Assembly: GCA_041491325.1 (NCBI GenBank)
Contig: JBGPUS010000002.1
Span: forward strand, 1-33,717
Length of the DNA: 33,717 bases
Direction: 5' to 3'
From: Nitrospirota bacterium
GTDB lineage: Bacteria > Nitrospirota > UBA9217
The notes under the pieces are model-generated. The model saw only the letters and a list, made by a program, of their open reading frames with translations, was not told the origin of the DNA and made no database searches. Positions 8,764 to 15,630 of the stretch are shown here, one piece after another; position 1 is the first letter of the stretch, and each line of letters opens with the position of its first letter. Made by a program: the position numbers and the translations under genes.

Positions 8764-8792
8764 TTGACTTTAAATATTTAAAATGCTAATAT
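8764..8792 (+). promoter_or_regulatory. sigma-70-like promoter for the phoH operon
   Basis: TTGACT, 17 nt, TAATAT, followed by an 11-bp-stem hairpin (8801-8830) 7 nt before the ATG. Confidence 0.5.
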
Positions 8793-8837
8793 ATTTATGC
8801 AGATACGGGAGAGAAACAACTCTCGTATCTCTCTCTC

Positions 8838-9806
8838 ATGAAGACGACCGCAGTCATCATAACCATTGAAAACGAACTCTCGTTGCCGAGTCTCTACGGC
8901 GACATGGACAAGAACCTCAGGCTGATCGAGAACACGTACGGCGTGATTCTGAATGCCCGGGGCAACAGGATCCAGATCGAAGGCGAGGAGAAGGCTGTTG
9001 CAAAAGTCGAGCGCCTTATCAGGCAGCTTGTCGATATGCTGGCACAGGGCGTCATTACCCACAAGGACGATGTTAATGCCGCCATTCATGCATTTTCCGC
9101 GGACTCATCCGCGACGTTGAAGGATATCTTCCAAAAAGCCATCCCCGTATCGAGCAGAAAGCGTCCCGTATCGCCGAAGAACGAGACTCAGCGCCGGTAC
9201 GTGGAGGAGATCCGGACCCATGACATCGTTTTCGGCATCGGGCCGGCAGGGACGGGCAAAACCTATCTCGCCATGGCCACGGCCGTTTCCGCGCTTCTCA
9301 GGCGCGAGGTGAGCAGGATCATCCTGGTGCGCCCGGCCGTTGAAGCAGGTGAGAAGCTCGGTTTTCTGCCCGGCGATTTGTACGAGAAGGTCCATCCCTA
9401 CCTGCGGCCCCTCTACGACGCGCTCTACGACATGATCGAAACGGAAAAAGCGAACAAACTGGTGGAGCGCGGGGACATTGAAATTGCGCCGCTCGCGTTC
9501 ATGCGCGGACGCACGTTGAACGATTCCTTTATCATTCTGGATGAGGCGCAGAACACTACCGCGGAACAAATGAAGATGTTTCTCACCCGTCTGGGTTTCA
9601 ATTCCAAGACCGTGATAACGGGCGACATAACGCAGGTCGACCTTCCGAACGACAGGAACTCGGGGCTCATCGAGGTTCAGACGATCCTCGACGGCATCGA
9701 GGGTATACGTTTCGTCTACTTTACGAACCGGGACGTAGTCCGCCACAAGCTGGTGCAGCAGATCATCAAGGCATACGAGCGGCACGAGGCGGCTGATGAA
9801 CAATAA
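8838..9806 (+). CDS. phoH: PhoH-family ATPase (PhoH/YbeZ)
   Basis: Walker A GPAGTGKTYLA and Walker B ILDEAQN. Full-length PhoH-like sequence in the conserved phoH-pgpH-ybeY-dgkA context. Confidence 0.92.
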   Translation: MKTTAVIITIENELSLPSLYGDMDKNLRLIENTYGVILNARGNRIQIEGEEKAVAKVERLIRQLVDMLAQGVITHKDDVNAAIHAFSADSSATLKDIFQKAIPVSSRKRPVSPKNETQRRYVEEIRTHDIVFGIGPAGTGKTYLAMATAVSALLRREVSRIILVRPAVEAGEKLGFLPGDLYEKVHPYLRPLYDALYDMIETEKANKLVERGDIEIAPLAFMRGRTLNDSFIILDEAQNTTAEQMKMFLTRLGFNSKTVITGDITQVDLPNDRNSGLIEVQTILDGIEGIRFVYFTNRDVVRHKLVQQIIKAYERHEAADEQ

Positions 9807-11589
9807 AAACCAGACCAACCTGAAGCTTCTGCCCAAGATAACGGCCCAGGACCCCGACCGGGATGAAGCGCCCTCGGCTGTTTCCCGCACGATAAAACTC
9901 TATAACATCAGCCTTGCCCTGGTGACGGCATGCTTTCTTGCGTTCGTTCTTCTGCCGCGCATTCCGTTGCTCGAACCCGGAGAGCTGGCCACGAGAACTC
10001 TCACGGCGCCGTATGCCCTGTACGTCGAATACCCCGGGACCGACCAGGCCATGGTCTCTTTCAAAGTGGAGAAGGGCGAGACCATTATTCAGGCGGGCCG
10101 GCGGGTGACGGAACGATCGGCGCGGGTTCTCGAAGAACTTGCCCGGCGCGAGGGGATCGGCAACCGGCTCAACGCGTACGGCGGGCTCGTCGCGCTGCTC
10201 CTGGTCTTGTTTTATCTGTTCTACCGCGATATCCGGCGGTACCGCCCCGCGCTGATTAGGGACACGAGAAAAATCCTGCTCCTCGCTGTTTTGCTGTTTC
10301 TTACCATCGCGCTCGCGCAGACGCTGAAACATGTTTTTTCGCTCCCGGCGGACAAACTCGACCTCGACGTCGCGACCATCGGTTTTGCGCTCCCCGTGGC
10401 CGCGGGGGCCATGCTTACCAGCCTTCTTCTCGATTTTCACCTTGCCCTCGGGTTTTCCTTCATCGTGAGCATTCTGCTCGGCATTTCCTTTCAGGGAGAC
10501 CCGTTTATCCCGCTCTACTTTTTTCTGAGCAGCATCATCGCCGCGCTCAAAGTGGTCCGATGCAGGAAGAGGACGGCGGTGATAAAGGCGGGCGCCTTTA
10601 CCGCGCTCGTGAATTTTCTGGTAATTGTCAGCATTGACCTTTACCGGGGAGAGCTTATGACGCGCGGAGGGGCGGACCTGACGGCGGGTTTTCTCGGCGC
10701 CGTTATGGTGACCATGTTCGTCTCGGTTACACTTCCGTTTTTCGAATTTCTTTTCGACATCGCCACGGACATCAAACTGCTGGAACTCCTGGACCCCAAC
10801 CAGCCGCTCCTCAAGGAACTCGTGTATAAAAGTCCGGGGACCTACCACCACAGCATTCTTATCGGCAATTTGGCGGAAGCGGCCGCGGAAGCAATCGGTG
10901 AAAACCCCCTCCTGGCGCGGGTCGGGGCCTACTATCACGATATCGGAAAAAACCAGAAGCCGGAATATTTCATCGAAAACCAGCGCTCATCGGATAATAA
11001 GCACGACCGGCTTACGCCCTCGATGAGCAGCCTCATCATCTCCGCCCACGTCAAGGACGGGGTCGAGTCCGCGCGGGGGAACCGGCTTCCTTCCTCGGTC
11101 ATCGACATCATCCAGCAGCACCACGGCACGTCTCTGATCACGTATTTCTACCACAAGGCAAAGGAACTCCAGCCTTACAGCGTTATCGCGGAAGAGGACT
11201 ACCGGTATTCAGGCCCCCGGCCGCGAACGAAAGTAGCGGCCATCGTGATGTTGTCCGACTCGGTCGAAGCTGCTTCGAGAACGCTTGAAAACCCGACCCC
11301 CCAGCGGATCCAGGCGCTCACGAGCAGCATCATCACGCATATTTTTCTCGACGAGCAGTTGATCATGTGCGATCTCACGCTTAAGGACCTGCGAGAGATT
11401 TCAAAGAGCTTCAATCTTATCCTCACGGGAATTTTTCACCATCGCATAGACTATCCCGGAATAAATCTGACCGGAGAAAAGAAGCGCAGTGACCATCAGG
11501 ATAAAAAGCAGTCTGAGGAAAAAAAAGCCGGCGGCGGCAAGAATAAGGACGCGGTTCCAGACCCTGTTGCAGGGTATCGGCCTTCATGA
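9796..11589 (+). CDS. pgpH: 7TM-receptor HD-domain phosphohydrolase (PgpH/YqfF-like, c-di-AMP phosphodiesterase family)
   Basis: 11-nt overlap with phoH. Multi-TM core followed by an HD domain (YHHSILIGNLA, YYHDIGK, QQHHGTS). Confidence 0.88.
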   Translation: MNNKNQTNLKLLPKITAQDPDRDEAPSAVSRTIKLYNISLALVTACFLAFVLLPRIPLLEPGELATRTLTAPYALYVEYPGTDQAMVSFKVEKGETIIQAGRRVTERSARVLEELARREGIGNRLNAYGGLVALLLVLFYLFYRDIRRYRPALIRDTRKILLLAVLLFLTIALAQTLKHVFSLPADKLDLDVATIGFALPVAAGAMLTSLLLDFHLALGFSFIVSILLGISFQGDPFIPLYFFLSSIIAALKVVRCRKRTAVIKAGAFTALVNFLVIVSIDLYRGELMTRGGADLTAGFLGAVMVTMFVSVTLPFFEFLFDIATDIKLLELLDPNQPLLKELVYKSPGTYHHSILIGNLAEAAAEAIGENPLLARVGAYYHDIGKNQKPEYFIENQRSSDNKHDRLTPSMSSLIISAHVKDGVESARGNRLPSSVIDIIQQHHGTSLITYFYHKAKELQPYSVIAEEDYRYSGPRPRTKVAAIVMLSDSVEAASRTLENPTPQRIQALTSSIITHIFLDEQLIMCDLTLKDLREISKSFNLILTGIFHHRIDYPGINLTGEKKRSDHQDKKQSEEKKAGGGKNKDAVPDPVAGYRPS

Positions 11590-11923
11590 CGCCGAACTGA
11601 GCGTCTCCTTCATCGGCGACCGCGCCATGCGTAAACTCAACTATTCATGGCGTGGCAAGGACAAAACCACGGACGTGCTCTCGTTTTCTTTCCGAGAGGG
11701 GGCGTTCGCGAATGTCAGGCCGGAGCTGCTGGGAGATATCGTGATTTCCGTGCCCACGGCCGAGCGCCAGGCGCGGGGGGCTGGACAGACGGCCGCCTCG
11801 GAGCTCGACCGTCTCCTGGTGCACGGCCTGGTCCATCTGCTCGGTTACGACCATGAACGCGGCGTCCAGGAGGCCCGCCGGATGGCGAGGAAGGAACAGC
11901 AACTGCTGAAAATGCTCGCATGA
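11489..11923 (+). CDS. ybeY: rRNA maturation endoribonuclease YbeY
   Basis: TDVLSF and the zinc motif HGLVHLLGYDHE. GTG start. The N-terminal length before ELSVSFIGD fits YbeY only if the 101-nt overlap with pgpH is accepted. Confidence 0.85.
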   Translation: MTIRIKSSLRKKKPAAARIRTRFQTLLQGIGLHDAELSVSFIGDRAMRKLNYSWRGKDKTTDVLSFSFREGAFANVRPELLGDIVISVPTAERQARGAGQTAASELDRLLVHGLVHLLGYDHERGVQEARRMARKEQQLLKMLA

Positions 11924-12621
11924 AGCCTAAAACGTGGGTGCAGAGCGCCAACCTGGCGATCGAAGGGATCATTTACGCAGTCAAGACGCAGAAACACATG
12001 CGGTATCATTTTTACGCCGCCCTGTCCGCCCTGGTGCTCGGTCTGGTCCTGAACATAACGAGGACCGAGTTCATATTGCTGTGCATGGCGATCGTGCTTG
12101 TGCTCGTGACCGAGATGCTGAACACGGCAATCGAGGTCACCGTGGACATGATTTCCGCGGAATTCCACCCTCGGGCGAAGATTGCAAAAGACATCGCGGC
12201 CGGCGTGGTTCTCATTGCGTCTATAGGCGCGTTGATCCTCGGCTATCTGATCCTGTATCCTGCGTTCACGGCAACGATGAGGAGCGGGCAGTGGGGCTTG
12301 CGCAAAGCGCCGAGCGATGTTGTGGCTTTTGTTTCGCTCGCGGTCGTCATCATCATCGTCATCATCATCAAGGCGTTGCTCGGAAAGGGTGAGCCGCTCA
12401 GGGGCGGAATGCCGAGCGGCCACGCAGCCGTATCATTTTCAATCTGGACCGCGGCGCTCCACTTGACGAGTTCCATCCCGGTCATCAGCCTCACCTTCCT
12501 GCTCGCGGTCATGGTAAGCTGGGGCCGGTGGTCTTCGGGCATCCACCGGCCGATCGAGGTGATTGTGGGCGCGCTGATCGGCGCGGGGATAACGTTCCTG
12601 TTCTTCCGTCTGTTCAGTTGA
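11920..12621 (+). CDS. dgkA: diacylglycerol/undecaprenol kinase (DgkA) fused to a PAP2-like C-terminal module
   Basis: ATGA overlap with ybeY. DgkA core contains EMLNTAIE. The C-terminal part carries PSGH and GRWSSGIHRPIE, which are PAP2 C2/C3-like motifs. Confidence 0.8.
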   Translation: MKPKTWVQSANLAIEGIIYAVKTQKHMRYHFYAALSALVLGLVLNITRTEFILLCMAIVLVLVTEMLNTAIEVTVDMISAEFHPRAKIAKDIAAGVVLIASIGALILGYLILYPAFTATMRSGQWGLRKAPSDVVAFVSLAVVIIIVIIIKALLGKGEPLRGGMPSGHAAVSFSIWTAALHLTSSIPVISLTFLLAVMVSWGRWSSGIHRPIEVIVGALIGAGITFLFFRLFS

Positions 12622-12640
12622 ACGGCCGAGCTTTTTAAAC

Positions 12641-12673
12641 CGTGTTTATCCGTGGTTACAACCGTCGTTTTTT
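12641..12673. repeat. dispersed repeat family 2, copy A (GTGTTTATCCGTGGTT-N-CAACCG-N-CGTT)
   Basis: About 30 of 33 nt identical to 30551-30582. A 17-nt core is identical to the reverse complement of 30447-30468. Confidence 0.65.
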
Positions 12674-12788
12674 AATAGGTCCTCCGGGTTGAATTCCCCG
12701 CCGCTTGCGGCGCAATCTGAAGTTGTAAGGTTCTCAATACTCCGCTGCTTGCGGCGGAGCAGTTTATTGGTAAGGATTTTTTCCGGAG

Positions 12789-13148
12789 GTGTGTTTGCTT
12801 ACTCAGATACTGGAAGACCTGATCTCATCGGTTAACGGCGCCCAGGCCGTGATTTTTCTGGACGGCGACGGCGAAGCCATAGCTCAGGCAGGGGACGCCG
12901 CCGTGGACATGAAATTACTCGGCGCCTGGAAGGAAATTCAGCTGGACAGAATCAAGGATATTGCGGTGCGCCTCAACCTTGGGAATGTGCAGGCCGTGTT
13001 GTTTTCACTCGATGAGGGGACGGAATTGGTTGTGCCGGTGGCCGAGGAGTATTGCTTGATGCTCTTCTTGTCGGCCTATGCCGACCTGCAGGCCGCCAGG
13101 GAGAAGCTCAAGACGACCATCGAGCTGCTGAAGAAGGATATTGAGTAA
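12789..13148 (+). CDS. Roadblock/LC7 (MglB-like) domain protein
   Basis: About 118 aa with the pattern LISSVNGAQAVIFLDGDGEAIAQAG..ELVVPVAEEYCLMLFL, typical of Roadblock/LC7. The likelier start is TTG at 12795, 5 nt after GGAGG. Confidence 0.72.
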   Translation: MCLLTQILEDLISSVNGAQAVIFLDGDGEAIAQAGDAAVDMKLLGAWKEIQLDRIKDIAVRLNLGNVQAVLFSLDEGTELVVPVAEEYCLMLFLSAYADLQAAREKLKTTIELLKKDIE

Positions 13149-13153
13149 GCGAT

Positions 13154-13283
13154 AAGCTTCAAATCCCAAATCACAAATAGCAAATAAATTCCAAATTTCA
13201 AATTCTAAATTCAAACATTTTGGTCCTTTGAAATTCGGTTATTGAATATTATTTGGAATTTGTTGCTTGAAATTTGGTGCTTA
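13154..13283. repeat. about 130-nt A/T-rich imperfect palindrome (repeat family 1) between convergent genes; possible bidirectional terminator
   Basis: AATTCCAAAT (13187-13196) is exactly complementary to ATTTGGAATT (13251-13260). The outer arms AAGCTTCAAATCCCAAAT and AAATTTGGTGCTT also pair imperfectly. Confidence 0.6.
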
Positions 13284-13290
13284 TGAGAAC

Positions 13291-14250
13291 TTATATCTGA
13301 TCGTACACGCCTAACTTTCTGAACTTTTCATACCGGAGATTCACGAGTTCATCAGGCTGCAAGGTTTTTATCTCTGCGAGATTCCTGGAGATCGCGTCCT
13401 TGAGCAGCTCGGCCGCCCTTCGAGGGTCCCGGTGCGCGCCGCCGATCGGTTCTTCCACGACCTCGTCTATCACGCGCATCTGGAAAAGGTCCTGGGCGGT
13501 TATTTTGAGCAGCTCGGAAGCTTCGCTCGCCTTGGCGCCGTTGTTCCACAGGATGGCCGCGCACCCTTCGGGGGATATGACCGAGTAGGTGGCGTGCTCC
13601 AGCATGAGCACGCGATCGCCGATCCCCAAGGCCAGCGCACCGCCGCTTCCTCCCTCGCCGATAACCACCACAATAATGGGAACCATAAGTGTGGACATTA
13701 CCGCGAGGTTGCGGGCGATGGATTCTCCCTGGCCGCGCTCTTCCGCTCCGATTCCCGGAGCCGCGCCCTGGGTATCGATCAAGGTGATGATAGGCCTCTT
13801 AAACTTCTCCGCGAACCGCATCAAGCGCAGCGATTTCCGGTAGCCCTCGGGGTTCGGCTGGCCGAAATTGCGGAAGACGCGTTCCTTGGTGGTCCTGCCT
13901 TTTTGGTGGCCGATTACTACGACCGGCATGCCGTCCAATTTGGCAATGCCCCCGACGATGGCAGGGTCGTCGGCAAAACCGCGGTCCCCGTGCAGCTCAA
14001 TGAAATCGGTGAGCATGGCCTCGATGTAATCGAGGGTGTAGGGGCGGTTCACATGACGCGAGATCTGGACCTTCTGCCATGGCGTAAGTTTGGAATAGAG
14101 CTCGATCAGGAGCTGGTCGGATTTTTTCTGAAGTTTGAGTATCTCTTCTTCGAGGTCGATGCCGCCAGTGGAGGTAAAGAGGGTCAACTCCTCGATCTTC
14201 TTCTCCAGTTCGGCGATTGGCTTTTCAAAATCAAGATATTCTTGCGGCAA
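13291..14250 (-). CDS. accA: acetyl-CoA carboxylase carboxyltransferase alpha subunit
   Basis: Full-length AccA-like sequence: [46 protein letters not shown]. Confidence 0.93.
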   Translation of the reverse strand: MPQEYLDFEKPIAELEKKIEELTLFTSTGGIDLEEEILKLQKKSDQLLIELYSKLTPWQKVQISRHVNRPYTLDYIEAMLTDFIELHGDRGFADDPAIVGGIAKLDGMPVVVIGHQKGRTTKERVFRNFGQPNPEGYRKSLRLMRFAEKFKRPIITLIDTQGAAPGIGAEERGQGESIARNLAVMSTLMVPIIVVVIGEGGSGGALALGIGDRVLMLEHATYSVISPEGCAAILWNNGAKASEASELLKITAQDLFQMRVIDEVVEEPIGGAHRDPRRAAELLKDAISRNLAEIKTLQPDELVNLRYEKFRKLGVYDQI

Positions 14251-14575
14251 AACTCACTCCTCGTGTCATCGGAATTTTAAAATAGATATGCCGCTCATAA
14301 TGACGCGGCAGCAGGGAAAGGTCATTCATTTTAGCAGGCCTATTATCGGATATTAACGACATCTTGTCAAGAAATTGTTCGTGCAACGGTTCAAAGTGAC
14401 GGAAATAAAAGAAATTTTTCAATATATTTTTGTCTTAAAGCGCAATCGTTCTCTTCATGACCGGCGGCAGTGGGATACCCGTTGTTTTATTTCTTATTCG
14501 CCGAACATCATGCGCGGTTTTTGTATATACTATAAATAAGACGAGTATGATCTCAAGAAAAAGGAGGGATGCGTT

Positions 14576-14929
14576 ATGCCTGTCCTTGACTATATTGAGT
14601 ATCGAAACAAAAAGATAGACCTCGACGACGAGGGTTTTCTCGTACACTACGACGACTGGGATGAAAATCTTGCCGGGAGACTCGCGGAACGGGAAGGGAT
14701 GGGATATCTCACCCCTGATAAAATCAGCATGTTGAAATTTATTCGCGAGTATTATGAACGGTTCAACTTTTTCCCCATGCTGAGCTCCGTGTGTAAGAAC
14801 GTGCATAAGCCGAAGGATTGCGTCAATGAAGAATTTTACAGCCCGCTGCTTGCCTGGAAGCTCGCGGGTCTTCCCCGGCCCGAGGAACCGGTCAAGAGCT
14901 ATCTCGAAGACAGGCAGACCCCGGGCTGA
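14576..14929 (+). CDS. DsrC/TusE-family protein lacking the C-terminal redox cysteines
   Basis: AAAGGAGGG RBS. IDLDDEGFLVHYDDW, MLKFIREYYERFNFFPM and KLAGLPRPEEPV align by eye with the DsrC FEVDEDGFLLRFDDW..KMAGLPKPTGCV. Confidence 0.85.
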   Translation: MPVLDYIEYRNKKIDLDDEGFLVHYDDWDENLAGRLAEREGMGYLTPDKISMLKFIREYYERFNFFPMLSSVCKNVHKPKDCVNEEFYSPLLAWKLAGLPRPEEPVKSYLEDRQTPG

Positions 14930-14959
14930 CGGAAAAACGGGAGCAGCAGCCATGAGCTG

Positions 14960-15367
14960 TCAGGGATGCTCATTGGTGATGGCCGCGAGCAAAGCGGTAA
15001 TAATGTGTTCAGGATCAGGAACAGCATCATGCGGTTTTGCGCGACTGACCTGCTCACGAAGGTACTCTTCATCATGACGGGAAAGAGACAGGAACTCTAT
15101 CCCGGCCAGGTAGGGAGGACCGCTCGGATTACGCCACTTCAGCACCCCGCACTGGTAACCGTTCACGCGCTTTTTAAACCAGATCACTCCGCTTTCGAGC
15201 GGTTCGACTGATTCTATGCCCGCGCCGAGAATGCTGAGATTTACGATCTGGACGATATGGTCGGTCCAGACAAGGCCTTTGAACGATATGATCCCAAAAA
15301 GGCATTTATGCCGGACGGCGACCGGGTATCGCTGGATGCCTTTTGAGGCAATTTCAATGTTATCCAT
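14960..15367 (-). CDS. PilZ-like domain protein (degenerate RxxxR motif)
   Basis: QRYPVAVR..(about 25 aa)..NLSILGAG resembles the PilZ RxxxR / (D/N)xSxxG pair. Start trimmed to the ATG at 15367 because the longer ORF runs through a near-consensus plus-strand promoter. Confidence 0.5.
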   Translation of the reverse strand: MDNIEIASKGIQRYPVAVRHKCLFGIISFKGLVWTDHIVQIVNLSILGAGIESVEPLESGVIWFKKRVNGYQCGVLKWRNPSGPPYLAGIEFLSLSRHDEEYLREQVSRAKPHDAVPDPEHIITALLAAITNEHP

Positions 15368-15451
15368 GGTAGTTTCTCGTGAAGCATTCCACTTTAAATA
15401 TACCAGAAACACGGCTACGAGTAAAAACATGCAGGCAACGGGTTTTTGTTC

Positions 15452-15480
15452 TTGACAAAACCTCTGAAATTTCATACAAT
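15452..15480 (+). promoter_or_regulatory. near-consensus sigma-70 promoter for tRNA-Val/thrS-infC-rpmI-rplT
   Basis: TTGACA, 17 nt, TACAAT. The -10 element ends about 35 nt upstream of the tRNA 5' end. Confidence 0.65.
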
Positions 15481-15514
15481 TCGCTGTTTACAGAAACGGG
15501 AAACGGCAGTAAAT

Positions 15515-15589
15515 AGGCTCGTAGCTCAGGGGGAGAGCGCTACCTTGACACGGTAGAGGTCGGCGGTTCGATACCGCCCGGGCCTACCA
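15515..15589 (+). tRNA. tRNA-Val (anticodon GAC), CCA encoded
   Basis: Hand-folded cloverleaf. Acceptor AGGCTCG/CGGGCCT (one G-U pair), D stem GCTC/GAGC, anticodon stem CTACC/GGTAG with loop TTGACAC, T arm GGCGG-TTCGATA-CCGCC, then discriminator A and CCA. Total 75 nt. Confidence 0.93.
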
Positions 15590-15630
15590 TAATAATTACG
15601 GCACCACCAACCACCTATGTTATCTATCTT

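Noticed and set aside
9105-10938. 261-aa and 390-aa minus-strand ORFs antisense to phoH and pgpH
   Set aside because: Both overlap genes with clear Walker and HD motifs. The products are low-complexity, Arg-rich translations with no RBS or start context.
14435-14953. 172-aa minus-strand ORF overlapping the DsrC-like gene
   Set aside because: The plus-strand frame has a strong RBS and clear DsrC/TusE similarity. The minus-strand ORF has neither.
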